DNA of 64,000 nucleotides from Nanobdellota archaeon (GCA_038045705.1 JBBSXO010000006.1:52996-116995), one strand, 5' to 3'. Shown: positions 10,863 to 21,288, counted from the stretch's first letter. Notes: generated by a model from the sequence alone, not told the origin. Numbers and translations: made by a program.

Positions 10863-11168
10863 TCAAACACCATTATAGAATCTAGCAAAAACCCATCCCA
10901 TTACATAAAACATAACATAACTCTGTAACAATCCAATTAATATAGTCCAATCATAAAATGAAAAACCTATCGGATACTTAGCAATTATAAATGCAGTCTC
11001 AAAATTACTAAACCAAACAAACAACCCGTAAAATACGAGAACAACCATTGCCATCATTCCCATAGCATGACCTAAAGCATAAGGCTTTAAGTCACCAGTT
11101 TTCAAATGTTCAATGTGTTCTGAATGCACATGAGATTTAGAATGTTGATGCATCGACCCTCTTTTCAT
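10863..11168 (-). CDS. Small membrane protein with His-rich N-terminus
   Basis: HQHSKSHVHSEH followed by two TM helices. Confidence 0.55.
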   Translation of the reverse strand: MKRGSMHQHSKSHVHSEHIEHLKTGDLKPYALGHAMGMMAMVVLVFYGLFVWFSNFETAFIIAKYPIGFSFYDWTILIGLLQSYVMFYVMGWVFARFYNGV

Positions 11169-11253
11169 AAACAGTATAAATGAGGATTATATTTAAATCT
11201 TACTTTAGCAAGATTTAATGTATTAATTTGATTTACATAGATATAAACTTTAT

Positions 11254-11862
11254 TTAGAAGTGTTCAGAATAATCATCTCTAAATAGGTTTTGATTTAAAT
11301 AACGAACATCAATATTTCCCAAGTAATTATCTGCTTGATCAGCTACCTCGTTAAGTTTTGCGAATTCCTCTAAATCTTTAGGAATTTTATTATCAAAAAT
11401 ACCAAGTAATCCAAAAAAACCAATCGTAAATATTGGTAATCCAGTAGATATTGCTACCATACCAGCACAAGTCTCACCACTACCTCCAAAAAATCCTCCT
11501 CCAAGCATAGACATAGTTCCTACAGTTGCTAAGATTTTATCGGATAATTTGACTACCGGTCTTTTTCTTTCTCTATCATACGCTTCTCTAACTGTGGAAT
11601 ATTCAAGCTTTCTTGAGTTGAAATTTCTACCACTAGCAAAAGTGAGAACATCTAATAGTTTTTCAGGCACACTTCCTACTTTTTCAGGATCTTCAGGATC
11701 TAATTCCGATAGAGGCATTTGTCTAGTCTCTTGGGTATAAGGAGGAAAAGGTCTTTTTATATCATAAAATGAAGGAATCACTACACGCGCTAATTTAGCC
11801 TCACCTCTTAGTGTCTTTTGATAGAGATGTTTGGCATTTGTTGTTATTGGTACTTTTGTCAT
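11254..11862 (-). CDS. Hypothetical membrane-associated protein
   Basis: 202-aa ORF with central Gly-rich hydrophobic hairpin. Confidence 0.55.
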   Translation of the reverse strand: MTKVPITTNAKHLYQKTLRGEAKLARVVIPSFYDIKRPFPPYTQETRQMPLSELDPEDPEKVGSVPEKLLDVLTFASGRNFNSRKLEYSTVREAYDRERKRPVVKLSDKILATVGTMSMLGGGFFGGSGETCAGMVAISTGLPIFTIGFFGLLGIFDNKIPKDLEEFAKLNEVADQADNYLGNIDVRYLNQNLFRDDYSEHF

Positions 11863-11919
11863 AATTGAAACTCTAAATTTCTGTTTATAAACCTTTGTAA
11901 TGTAACTACTAAAGAGTTA

Positions 11920-12330
11920 TCACTTAACAATCAGATTCCCTTTCATTCCGTTAGCTCTATGCTTTCCAACGCTACAATAATACTCAAATGTACCTTTTTT
12001 ATCCGCAATAAACTCAACAAAAGTAGAATCATCTGTTTCTCTAACTTGTTTAGTTGTCGCATTAAACTCATCTACTACCCAATCATGAAAACCCTTAGTG
12101 CTTGTAAATTCAATTCTTACTTTATCTCCACGATTAACCTCTATATCTGGATTATCAACACCATCAATCATAAATTTAAAATTCTCTCCAGTAATTACAA
12201 ATTTTTTAACTTCAGAGTTGCCTTCTGAAATTACATTACCAGTTACTCCAGAGTTAGAATTAATCGCAAGAAAAATGATAAGAGACCCAAGTGCTATCAG
12301 AATAATCGATGCAATTAGTAACTTTTTCAT
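11920..12330 (-). CDS. Cupredoxin-domain protein
   Basis: Signal anchor, H(DW), EYYCSVGKHRANGM type 1 copper motif. Confidence 0.85.
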   Translation of the reverse strand: MKKLLIASIILIALGSLIIFLAINSNSGVTGNVISEGNSEVKKFVITGENFKFMIDGVDNPDIEVNRGDKVRIEFTSTKGFHDWVVDEFNATTKQVRETDDSTFVEFIADKKGTFEYYCSVGKHRANGMKGNLIVK

Positions 12331-12516
12331 ACTTTATGTTATAAGTCATGTTTTATAAATTTAAGTCTTTTAGAAAATATATAAAAATAGTTCAAATAAG
12401 TAAGACTTAAGCCCACAAATATCAATTCGCAATGTTTGAAGCTTGTCCTCTACAAGTGAAAGCCAATGAATATAAATTCACAAGGTTTAAAAACAAATTC
12501 CATGTCAAAGTTTTAA

Positions 12517-12588
12517 GCTCGTCTAGTATATCGGTTAGTACATGGCCCTGTCGCGGCCAAGAGCCGGGTTCGATTCCCGGGACGGGCG
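12517..12588 (+). tRNA. tRNA-Asp(GTC); integration site
   Basis: Acceptor GCTCGTC/GACGGGC, anticodon arm TGGCC-CT-GTC-GC-GGCCA, T arm CCGGG-TTCGATT-CCCGG; CCA not encoded. Confidence 0.95.
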
Positions 12589-12589
12589 T
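12577..12589 (+). repeat. att core (attL of element 1) CCGGGACGGGCGT
   Basis: Identical 13-mer at 42245-42257. Confidence 0.9.
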
Positions 12590-12671
12590 TACCCCATCTT
12601 GCGATTTTAATGAGATGGAATATACAAGTTTTATACAAGCCGTTTAAAAAAATGGTTTGAGGTAAAACAAC

Positions 12672-13844
12672 GTGAAACTTGATCCGTATAAACATAAAGA
12701 AAGATACATAGCTTGGAAGAATAAAATAGGTTCGGTTATTCCAGATATTACTATTCAAAATTCCCAGATAATTTTACAATATCTAAACGATATGGAAAGG
12801 GGTTTAAATGTCTCCATATTAAGCCAAAAAGGTCCGAGAAGTTATATTCGCCTTAATTCTTTAAGAGAAAAAATTATAGGATATGCAAAAAAGTTTAATG
12901 AATTATATAATTTAGAAACAATTACAGATATCTCTGAAGACCAGTTACTTAATTTCTTTGCAGATATGAGAGATGGAGTTATTAAAAGAAAAGATGGTAA
13001 GGAGTATCAATCTGTGGATACTTCTGCGCGTATATTCAAAGCATTCTGGCATTGGCATCAAAAAGTAAGCAGAAAAAAAGGGATTGAGATAAAAGATATT
13101 ACCTTAGATCTAGATACAAAAGCAAAGAAACCTGATTGGGTTTACCTTACTGAAAAAGAGGTCAGGGTATTATGCGATAATGCTAAACCAGACTACAAGG
13201 CACTTATAATGTTTCTTTTTGATACTGGAATTAGATCTCCTACAGAACTAATGAATGTTAAATTATCTGATTTATTTAATGATTGTAAAGAAGTTAATAT
13301 TCGCGAAGAAACGAGTAAAACATTTGGGAGAAGAGTAAAATTAATGCTATGCTCCGATGCTATACGGGATTATATTGAAAGAAATGGGCTAAAAACCGAT
13401 GATTATTTATTTCCTATAACGCCTGCAAGAGTTAATGAATACTTGAAGAGACTTGCTAAAAGAATTTTTGGAGAAAAAATAACCCCTGCAGGTGCAAAAT
13501 ATTCTGAAATTACAATGTATGATTTTAGGCACATAGCATGTTGCTATTGGTTACCACGATATAAGTCAGAATCAGCCCTCAAATATAGATTTGGATGGAG
13601 AGATAGTGAGAAAATCCATTATTATTCAGAATTATTGGGTATGAGTGATACTATCTCTGAAGAAGACATGCTTTTAGATGTTACAAAGACTGAGATTGAA
13701 AAGAGTCTAAAAAAATCAGATCAAGAAAAAGAAATACTAAGTGACAGAGTAAGATCGCTAGAAAAAGAAATATCTGAGATGAAGAAAATATCTTTAGAAC
13801 TTATAAGAGTCTCAACACCTAAGAATCAATATTTACTATCTTGA
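12672..13844 (+). CDS. Tyrosine recombinase/integrase
   Basis: TGIRSP, KT, YDFRH, FGW, HYY catalytic pattern; directly after tRNA. Confidence 0.92.
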   Translation: MKLDPYKHKERYIAWKNKIGSVIPDITIQNSQIILQYLNDMERGLNVSILSQKGPRSYIRLNSLREKIIGYAKKFNELYNLETITDISEDQLLNFFADMRDGVIKRKDGKEYQSVDTSARIFKAFWHWHQKVSRKKGIEIKDITLDLDTKAKKPDWVYLTEKEVRVLCDNAKPDYKALIMFLFDTGIRSPTELMNVKLSDLFNDCKEVNIREETSKTFGRRVKLMLCSDAIRDYIERNGLKTDDYLFPITPARVNEYLKRLAKRIFGEKITPAGAKYSEITMYDFRHIACCYWLPRYKSESALKYRFGWRDSEKIHYYSELLGMSDTISEEDMLLDVTKTEIEKSLKKSDQEKEILSDRVRSLEKEISEMKKISLELIRVSTPKNQYLLS

Positions 13845-14046
13845 CTTTTTGTTTTGTATTAAGAATAGTATCAATTTTTTTATCCATTTCTAAAATAGTT
13901 AATTCTATTTTATTTAATTGAGGTATCTCTTTTATCTTCCTCCTACAAATTTCTGAGACAGATACTTTATTTTCTTCAGCAATTTTCTTCAATTTATCCA
14001 GCAAATCAGTTTCAAGGTATAAATGAAGTTGAGAATTCTTTTTCAT
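13819..14046 (-). CDS. Ribbon-helix-helix/CopG-like DNA-binding protein
   Basis: QLHLYLETDLLDKLKKIAEENKVSVSEICR. Confidence 0.65.
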   Translation of the reverse strand: MKKNSQLHLYLETDLLDKLKKIAEENKVSVSEICRRKIKEIPQLNKIELTILEMDKKIDTILNTKQKVKIVNIDS

Positions 14047-14114
14047 TAGAATGTTTATCTATCTTTTTCTTTTCAAGATAAGCAATGAGATATTTCATCT
14101 TTAGAATAATCTCT

Positions 14115-14690
14115 TCAGTGGTTAGTTCTTCCTCTAGAGTCATTATTAAATTTCTTGGTCTCATTGCCCCAGCAGTCCCAACCGCTAAAAGTTTCTCTTG
14201 CAAATAATTCTATTCTAGGTAAATCTCCAAGTAATTCTACAATATTATTTCTTATTTGATCTGGTTTTCTACTATGCTCTCTTAATGGAGAAAGAACAAC
14301 TTGTCTAACTCTATTAGATTTTCTGATTAATTTTCCTTTTAATCCTAATAAACATATTTCTGTATTTGCTCGAGTCCAATTACCAAGACCCATAAATGGA
14401 AGCCCATCACGTTTATTGGTTTTAACCCAAGTAAATGCTACTGTAACATATCTAAAACCCCATTTCTTCAAAGTTTCAATACATTCAGATAAAATTGGGT
14501 AAGTTGCCCATAAGAAAAGAGCACAGTTTTCATCAGTGATCTGTTGAATTGGGAATTTCTGAATATCTTTAATTGGAACACAAGGATACTTTTTTGTCGC
14601 ATTTGTTGTACTGTATTTCCAGGGAGGATCTGCATAGATAATATTGTATTTTTTATTAATATCTAACTTCCATAAAAAATCTTTTTTCAT
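14115..14690 (-). CDS. MT-A70 family adenine methyltransferase
   Basis: IIYADPPW, LFLWAT, HSRKP, RIELFAR. Confidence 0.9.
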   Translation of the reverse strand: MKKDFLWKLDINKKYNIIYADPPWKYSTTNATKKYPCVPIKDIQKFPIQQITDENCALFLWATYPILSECIETLKKWGFRYVTVAFTWVKTNKRDGLPFMGLGNWTRANTEICLLGLKGKLIRKSNRVRQVVLSPLREHSRKPDQIRNNIVELLGDLPRIELFARETFSGWDCWGNETKKFNNDSRGRTNH

Positions 14691-14765
14691 GAAAAGAATC
14701 TGTAAAAAGTCATTATAAAAAATCGGGGACTAACTGGGCGTCTATCTGGTCGACTACTTAGATGT

Positions 14766-14785
14766 CCATTTAGTCGACTAAATGG
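14766..14785. promoter_or_regulatory. Perfect 20-bp palindrome CCATTTAGTCGACTAAATGG (operator or oriT candidate)
   Basis: Seen directly in the divergent intergenic region upstream of the transfer operon. Confidence 0.5.
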
Positions 14786-14825
14786 TCTCCGATTGCCTAT
14801 AAACAATTTAGATCACAGCACAGAC

Positions 14826-15008
14826 ATGAAATTTTGCATTGTATGCGAAGCTGAAACTAAAGAAAGAGAGTTTTGCGAAAATTGTTTGACTTTCATAAAA
14901 TGGAAGTACGAAAATAATTTTGAGGAACAGTTAGAAAGATTTCGTAAGCTGAAAGCCTACCTCGAAGATTGGCGTAACCAATCAACTGAAAAGGAGGTGG
15001 AAGAATGA
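14826..15008 (+). CDS. Small zinc-ribbon protein
   Basis: CIVC...CENC; ATG start at MKFCIVC. Confidence 0.55.
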   Translation: MKFCIVCEAETKEREFCENCLTFIKWKYENNFEEQLERFRKLKAYLEDWRNQSTEKEVEE

Positions 15009-15334
15009 AGGTACAAAAACTTGTTAGCCTTTTACTTGTTGCATATATTTTTGCTTTGCAGATTGTTAGTGCTCAGTTTAATGGGACAATAACTCAGGAA
15101 GAACAGGAGACATTTGATACTATACTTGAACCAGTATTAAAAATATACAATTTAGTAAAGTATTCTGCGACTTTTATTGCAGTAATAATGCTTGTATTTG
15201 CTGGTATAAGCTACATAACTAGTGGATCAAATCCTACAAAACGTGAAAGTTCCAAGAATACTATAATGTATGTGTTTATTGGACTTGCAATAATTTGGGC
15301 AGCACCTTGGTTTGTGCAGTTTATAGTTAACTGA
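15005..15334 (+). CDS. VirB2/TrbC-like pilin
   Basis: Signal peptide plus two TM helices; AGISYITSGSNPTKRESSKNTI typical of this family. Confidence 0.7.
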   Translation: MKVQKLVSLLLVAYIFALQIVSAQFNGTITQEEQETFDTILEPVLKIYNLVKYSATFIAVIMLVFAGISYITSGSNPTKRESSKNTIMYVFIGLAIIWAAPWFVQFIVN

Positions 15335-15336
15335 TT

Positions 15337-15738
15337 ATGAAAACTAAATTAACTAAAGCAGTAGGTACTCTTGCAATAGTATTTATGATTCTATTTTTGC
15401 TGTTGCAAGAGGCAACTGCCTGCCCATCGCGTTTGAGATGCTCTAATTTTACTAATATGGATAAAAGAAATGATTGCAACTATATTTGGTCTCAAACATC
15501 AGGTGCTGAAAGACAAGAGGCAGTATGTATTTTATGGGACCAAGAGTATGGATTTCCTGGATACAACCATTCCGTTTATCCTAATGCGGAATCCAATTTT
15601 ACGTTTTCTCATAAAGAAATAGAAACAAGTAGATTTATTTTGTTTTTCAAAATAATTATATTTCTGTTATTTAATTATATCTTGTTTTCCATTCTAACTA
15701 AGACTTCATTCGTTAGAAGATGCCTTCCTGCGGGTTAG
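15337..15738 (+). CDS. Secreted/membrane protein in transfer operon
   Basis: N-terminal signal, four-Cys ectodomain, C-terminal TM. Confidence 0.55.
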   Translation: MKTKLTKAVGTLAIVFMILFLLLQEATACPSRLRCSNFTNMDKRNDCNYIWSQTSGAERQEAVCILWDQEYGFPGYNHSVYPNAESNFTFSHKEIETSRFILFFKIIIFLLFNYILFSILTKTSFVRRCLPAG

Positions 15739-16529
15739 TTAATCTTGGAGCTTGTCTCCCAGAGATGTTTTTTAATTTTATTTTTAATTTAATTAATGCT
15801 CCTGTTCAACCCTTCTTACAAGTAGTTCTTAATTTGCTCTCTGCAGAAGCTCATTTTTCTATCTTCCTTAGTTTATGGGTAATCATTGTTTATATGTTAT
15901 CAATGTTTTACGCATTGCTTATCGTTGGAGTGGGTTTTAGTTTCCTTATCTCTGGCTATGACTTTGAGAAAAGAGAACAGACAAAGGAATGGTTGAGAAA
16001 CATAATAATTATGATAATCTTAATCCAATCCTCATTCTTTATCTACGGGTTAATTATGGATTTAGCTTCCACGATGACTTCTGCAGTTTTAAGTATTGTA
16101 AGCCCTAATTTCTTCAGTTTACAAGTTAGTAGCAGTCTTGGTTTGGGTTTAGCAATAACTTTACTCTTTGTTTATGTAATTACTTTAATTGTTACCATAA
16201 TTGTCTTAACTCTAAGATATGCAATAGTTGCAATAGGAGTAGTTTTATTGCCTATTGGAATTTTCTTCTACTTTCTTTCACCGCTAAGATCTTTTGGTTC
16301 ATTAATCTTAAACATATTAGGAATGGCTATATTTATCACATTTTTTGATGCACTTTTACTCATAGGATTTTCTTCATTAATGAATGTTGAAATATTTGAT
16401 CAGTTTCAAATTGTAATTTTAATAACTGCATTTTTGCTAATTGACATCTTAATGGTTGTTCTGTTATTTTTCGCAATAACTAAAGCTGCATTTGGAATTT
16501 ATGATAAATTTAGCAGGTGGAAGAAATAA
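15720..16529 (+). CDS. VirB6/TrbL-like polytopic membrane protein
   Basis: Multiple TM helices, LRYAIV...LLPI; position in operon. Confidence 0.6.
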   Translation: MPSCGLVNLGACLPEMFFNFIFNLINAPVQPFLQVVLNLLSAEAHFSIFLSLWVIIVYMLSMFYALLIVGVGFSFLISGYDFEKREQTKEWLRNIIIMIILIQSSFFIYGLIMDLASTMTSAVLSIVSPNFFSLQVSSSLGLGLAITLLFVYVITLIVTIIVLTLRYAIVAIGVVLLPIGIFFYFLSPLRSFGSLILNILGMAIFITFFDALLLIGFSSLMNVEIFDQFQIVILITAFLLIDILMVVLLFFAITKAAFGIYDKFSRWKK

Positions 16530-17287
16530 TGGCTTATGAAATACCTCAACAACTAGAATACAAAGAGAAAATAATGTTTGGGTTAAATTTTAAGCAATTA
16601 GCTTATCTTTTTATTTTTGCACCAATTCTATTTGTTATTTTTTTTAAGACTGCCTGGCATAATGCAATAAAGATATTTTTTATGTCAATTTTTGGAGGTT
16701 TAGCTATAGGGTTTATCTTTCTTGATTTAGATAAACATCTTCAAAATTGGTTTTACTGGTATAAATCAAAGAAGTTAGAGTTAGATCATAAATTAGCCTT
16801 ATTCATACCAATAAAAGAAGTAAAAGATAGTTTGGTTATAACTAGGGATAATAGGAAACTAGCAATTATCAAGATTACTCCTATTAATTTCTCAATTAAA
16901 CATGAAGAGTCTAAGAATGCAATATCAATAGCATTTCAGAAATTTCTCAATGGTTTAGATTTTCCTATACAGATTATAATGAATACTGAACACCTTGATC
17001 TACGAGATTATTTTGCAGAAGTTGAAAGAAAGATAAAAGACTCCAAACAATTTAGATATTTGTTTGAAGGTTACAAGAGACATCTAGAGTCAATAACTAA
17101 AGAAAAAGATGTGATGAATAGGGTTTTTTATCTAGTTCTTACAGAAAGAACTGATATTAATATACAATTACAGATTTGTCAGACAAAATTATCTAATATT
17201 GGTTTAAAGAGTTTGAGACTAAAAGATAATGAATTAAAAGAATTGCTTAGAAGATTTTTCTTAGCAAGGAGAAATCATGCTAAGTAA
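16529..17287 (+). CDS. PrgI/VirB3-like protein
   Basis: YEIPQQLEYKEKIMFGLNFKQL, two TM helices, PINF; precedes VirB4. Confidence 0.7.
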   Translation: MAYEIPQQLEYKEKIMFGLNFKQLAYLFIFAPILFVIFFKTAWHNAIKIFFMSIFGGLAIGFIFLDLDKHLQNWFYWYKSKKLELDHKLALFIPIKEVKDSLVITRDNRKLAIIKITPINFSIKHEESKNAISIAFQKFLNGLDFPIQIIMNTEHLDLRDYFAEVERKIKDSKQFRYLFEGYKRHLESITKEKDVMNRVFYLVLTERTDINIQLQICQTKLSNIGLKSLRLKDNELKELLRRFFLARRNHAK

Positions 17288-19586
17288 AAAAGAAAGACCT
17301 AAAGAAAATACGGAATTTTTACCTTTAAAGATAGAAAACACCCCCAGTTATCTTAAAATAACAGACGGAATAAAAGAACCAATCTTTAGTAGAACAATTT
17401 ATGCTCATGGATATCCTAGAAGTGTAGAAACTGGATTTTTGGACAAAATAATTAGCACAATGGGTAACTTTGATCTTTCTATGCACATTGAACCTTTTGA
17501 TATAGAAACAATGATGATCTTTCTAAACAAAGAACTTCAAAAACAAGGCTCTGACCTCTATACAGCTAAGGCAAAAAACATTCTTAGCCCGAGTCTTGAG
17601 ATAAAGTACAAAGACACAAAAGCAGTCTTAGAAAATCTCCAAAAAGGTAAGGATAAATTGTTTAACGTAAGTCTTTACATAAATTGTAGAGCTAAATCTA
17701 AAGAAGATCTGGATCTTTTAACTAAATTAATACAAGCCGAACTTAACTCGCTACTGATAATCCCTAAAGTACCAAATTTTAGGATGGCTCAGGGTTTCCA
17801 GTCATCTTCTCCTTTAGCCATGAATAAACTTAAGCAAATAAGAAGTGTGCCTACTGAAGCATTATCTGCATTCTTTCCGTTTACTTCTTCATTTCTTCAA
17901 GCAGATAAAACAGGAGTATGGTTAGGGCAAAATAAGAATAATATTCCCATAATAAAGGATATTTTCAATCTAAGTAACCCAAATGGTTTGTGTTTAGCTA
18001 GTTCGGGATCTGGTAAAAGCTATATGGCTAAACTCCTTATTTCACGTTATTTGCTTAATGGAACTAATGTAATGATAATTGACCCGCAAGGTGAGTACAA
18101 AGCTCTTGTAAAGCGATTTAATGGCCAATTAATCGATTTAAGCACGCACTCTGAGACAATAATTAATCCTTTAGATTTGATGGGTCATGACTATCCCGAA
18201 AAGCGTTTAGCTTTAATCGATTTGATGCATCTAATGCTTGGAGATCTTAGCGATCCACAAAAAGCTATTCTAGAAAAGGCAATAACAACATCTTATGAAG
18301 AAAGAGGAATTTATATGAATAAAGTAGTTTCTTGGAGCAGAAAGCCTCCAATCATTGAAGATGTTCTAAATGTATTGAAGAAAGATGAAAAGAAAGCTAC
18401 TCAAATAGAAAAGACTACAATAAGAAGCCTCATAAATCGTCTAGATGGTTATGTAAATGGAGTATTTTCTTTTCTTAATCAGGAAACTAAGATTAACTTT
18501 GATAATCAATTTGTATGTTTTGATATAGGAAATCTGCCAAAACAAATCAAACCCCTAATGATGTTTATGGTTTTAGATTATATTTACATGAAAATGAAGA
18601 AAGACTTGAATAGAAAACTCTTGGTTATCGATGAAGCTTGGGCACTTCTAAGGCAAACTCATGAAGCATCTTATGTATTTGAGATAGTAAAAACATGTCG
18701 TAAGTTCAATCTAGCTTTATTTTTGATTAATCAAGAAGTTGAAGGTATGCTTGATTCAGAAGCGGGTAAATCTGTGTTAGCAAATAGTTCTTACACTCTC
18801 TTAATGCGTCAAAAGCCAGCCGTAATAAGAAATATTCAGAAAACATTTTTTCTAAGTGACTCAGAAGTCAACCATTTACTTACGGCTGGCGTGGGAGAAG
18901 GAATTTTGGTAATGGAGGATGATCATTCTGAAATAAAAATCATAGCTTCTCCTGAAGAACATAATATTATAACTACGAAGCCGGATGAGTTATTAACCAA
19001 TCAAAAGAAAGTAAGTGAAAAAGAGCGTCTTCAGCTATTACAAGAACAATATGATTTACGGAAAGAAAAAAGAGACGAAAGACAAAAAATAGAAATAAAG
19101 ATAGACAAAGATGTAGGATGTGTTAAACTAAAAGACATATTAAAAGATGAAGTAAACTACCTCAAAAATTTAGGGTATAAGATTTACAGAAGTAAGAGCA
19201 TCCTAAGCAATAAAACAGAAAGTTATTTGATAGAACAAAAGAAAACAGAAAGCCCGCAACATATTTTTATGGTAAAAGATATTTCAGACTATTTGAAAAA
19301 GTTTACAGATAAGGTTAGAATATATGAAACTGTGCAACCAGATATAGTTTTCGAGATAAATGAAAAGAAATATGCTATTGAAGTGGAAACAGGTAGTTTA
19401 TTAAAATCAAATAAAAAAGCATTGAAAGATAAAATAGAATTACTAAATAAAAAATATAAAGATAGATGGTTTTTTGTCGTAACTAATAGAAATATTGCAT
19501 CAAAATATTCAGAATTAGGTAAAACTTATGATAAAAGATATATTAATACATTATTAAAACGCTTAATTGTAGAAAATAGCCAGTGA
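17277..19586 (+). CDS. VirB4-like conjugation ATPase with C-terminal PD-(D/E)xK-like domain
   Basis: Walker A ASSGSGKS, IIDPQGEY, Walker B VIDEAW, RKFN; C-terminal PDIVFE...AIEVETG. Confidence 0.88.
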   Translation: MLSKKERPKENTEFLPLKIENTPSYLKITDGIKEPIFSRTIYAHGYPRSVETGFLDKIISTMGNFDLSMHIEPFDIETMMIFLNKELQKQGSDLYTAKAKNILSPSLEIKYKDTKAVLENLQKGKDKLFNVSLYINCRAKSKEDLDLLTKLIQAELNSLLIIPKVPNFRMAQGFQSSSPLAMNKLKQIRSVPTEALSAFFPFTSSFLQADKTGVWLGQNKNNIPIIKDIFNLSNPNGLCLASSGSGKSYMAKLLISRYLLNGTNVMIIDPQGEYKALVKRFNGQLIDLSTHSETIINPLDLMGHDYPEKRLALIDLMHLMLGDLSDPQKAILEKAITTSYEERGIYMNKVVSWSRKPPIIEDVLNVLKKDEKKATQIEKTTIRSLINRLDGYVNGVFSFLNQETKINFDNQFVCFDIGNLPKQIKPLMMFMVLDYIYMKMKKDLNRKLLVIDEAWALLRQTHEASYVFEIVKTCRKFNLALFLINQEVEGMLDSEAGKSVLANSSYTLLMRQKPAVIRNIQKTFFLSDSEVNHLLTAGVGEGILVMEDDHSEIKIIASPEEHNIITTKPDELLTNQKKVSEKERLQLLQEQYDLRKEKRDERQKIEIKIDKDVGCVKLKDILKDEVNYLKNLGYKIYRSKSILSNKTESYLIEQKKTESPQHIFMVKDISDYLKKFTDKVRIYETVQPDIVFEINEKKYAIEVETGSLLKSNKKALKDKIELLNKKYKDRWFFVVTNRNIASKYSELGKTYDKRYINTLLKRLIVENSQ

Positions 19587-19701
19587 CTGCATTGAGTCAC
19601 CTAGATTTTCATGAAAAAGGAGCATTTTTTAGCATTTTGTCGACTATTATATTTTATTGCTCTCTAAAAAAGTCACTAAAAGAATTAGCCCTTTCTTTAG
19701 T

Positions 19702-21270
19702 TTAAATTACAGTAAATTCAAAAGCATCAGAAATAGAAACTACATTACCATTAGAGTCTAAAGTAACAAATGATGTATAAAAGGTAGAATTGCTTAGAGA
19801 AGGAATATTAGGTATTGCTAAGGTAACTTTAGATTGATTGATTCTCAATCTTCCAATAGAATTATATAAACCAATACTTTGGGGATTAGTTAAAGATGTT
19901 TGTAATAAAGGGGTGTTGTCTAAAGGAGTTATTCTTCCATCAGGCAGTGTAACTCCTTGGGAAATATTTGTAGACATTCCTAAAACATAATTTGCTTTAA
20001 GGTCGTAAGATTCCTGTAATAAGAAGTTAACGCTTGATCCAACTCTTGGACTTCCAAGCATAACAATATTAGAAGGATTAAGAGATCTCTGGTATTTTAC
20101 TCTTGCAGTTCTATATTGACCTTCATGCCATACTATATGTATATTTCCTTGTCTATCTGAAGCAAATTTTGGCGAATAAATTTGTCCTGCTCCCATAATA
20201 GTTGGACCAATAATAATATTTCCAAGAGAATCTAATTGGCTAAATACTCTGCCTTGTCCAAATATACCTATACGCCCAAGAGAGTTAACTACGATTCCAT
20301 CATTTCCAACATTTGGTAAAACTAATTTCTTATTTATTAAAAATGTACCATTGCTGTTTATTTTAGATAAATAGATACCAGAAGCATTATTATAATCAGA
20401 ATTCCAAGAAAAGATAACATTATTTTGTTTATCGATTGCAATTGCTGGATAATCAGAGCCACCCATACCAATATCTAATTGAGAACCATTTATTAGTACA
20501 TTTCCGAACTGATCTATGTAAGAATACTTAACATGAGCAACCCTGCTAGTAGAATTAGCAACAAACTCTTCCATCCACATCAAATAAGAAAAACCATTAT
20601 TATCTGTAGCTAGCTTAATAACTAAAGGTTCGAAAATGCCTGCATTATAGACAGAATATATTGGAACTAAAAGATTACCTTGATTGTCGAACTTTCCATA
20701 GTAAACATCATGATCTCCGCGCCAAGCGACATTTATGTTTCCGAGATTATCAACAGATAACTGCGGGTCTCCAGTTCCACTTCCAGGCAATAAAACTCCA
20801 TTTACTGCAATAGTACCATTAGCATAAAGCCGTGTATATCTAGTACCATGAAGAGTACTTCCAATCAAATCATACATCCATACAATATGAATATTATCAA
20901 ATTTATCCACAGCAATTGAAGAGAAGAATCCATAAGTGCTATTAAAATTGGTTAATTGTTGGTTACTAATAATTGTATTTCCAAATTTATCTAATTTGGT
21001 ATAAAATACTTCTCCGATGATATTTGACAATTTTTGCATCCAAATAATATGCACGTTCCCTTGAGAATCTGTAGCTATAGATGGGTCTGCTGCAGTTAAA
21101 GTCAAATTAAGTAGAGAAATTAGAGATTCATTACTCCAATGTATTTGGGGTTCAATAGCTGAAGCTGGGGAAAGCAGAGGATAAGATGTAAAAAATCCTA
21201 TTGCAACTAAAATAAAAATTAATGCTACCAGATTCTTATTTTTCTTCATAAAACTCCAGAAATTAATCAT
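19702..21270 (-). CDS. Secreted beta-propeller-like repeat protein
   Basis: Signal peptide; repeated IAxDxxGNxHIxW units. Confidence 0.7.
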   Translation of the reverse strand: MINFWSFMKKNKNLVALIFILVAIGFFTSYPLLSPASAIEPQIHWSNESLISLLNLTLTAADPSIATDSQGNVHIIWMQKLSNIIGEVFYTKLDKFGNTIISNQQLTNFNSTYGFFSSIAVDKFDNIHIVWMYDLIGSTLHGTRYTRLYANGTIAVNGVLLPGSGTGDPQLSVDNLGNINVAWRGDHDVYYGKFDNQGNLLVPIYSVYNAGIFEPLVIKLATDNNGFSYLMWMEEFVANSTSRVAHVKYSYIDQFGNVLINGSQLDIGMGGSDYPAIAIDKQNNVIFSWNSDYNNASGIYLSKINSNGTFLINKKLVLPNVGNDGIVVNSLGRIGIFGQGRVFSQLDSLGNIIIGPTIMGAGQIYSPKFASDRQGNIHIVWHEGQYRTARVKYQRSLNPSNIVMLGSPRVGSSVNFLLQESYDLKANYVLGMSTNISQGVTLPDGRITPLDNTPLLQTSLTNPQSIGLYNSIGRLRINQSKVTLAIPNIPSLSNSTFYTSFVTLDSNGNVVSISDAFEFTVI

Positions 21271-21288
21271 ATTTAAAGCCTATTATCT

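Noticed and set aside
12432-12758. ORFs 12432-12647(+) and 12513-12758(-)
   Set aside because: They overlap the tRNA-Asp and att arm; likely spurious
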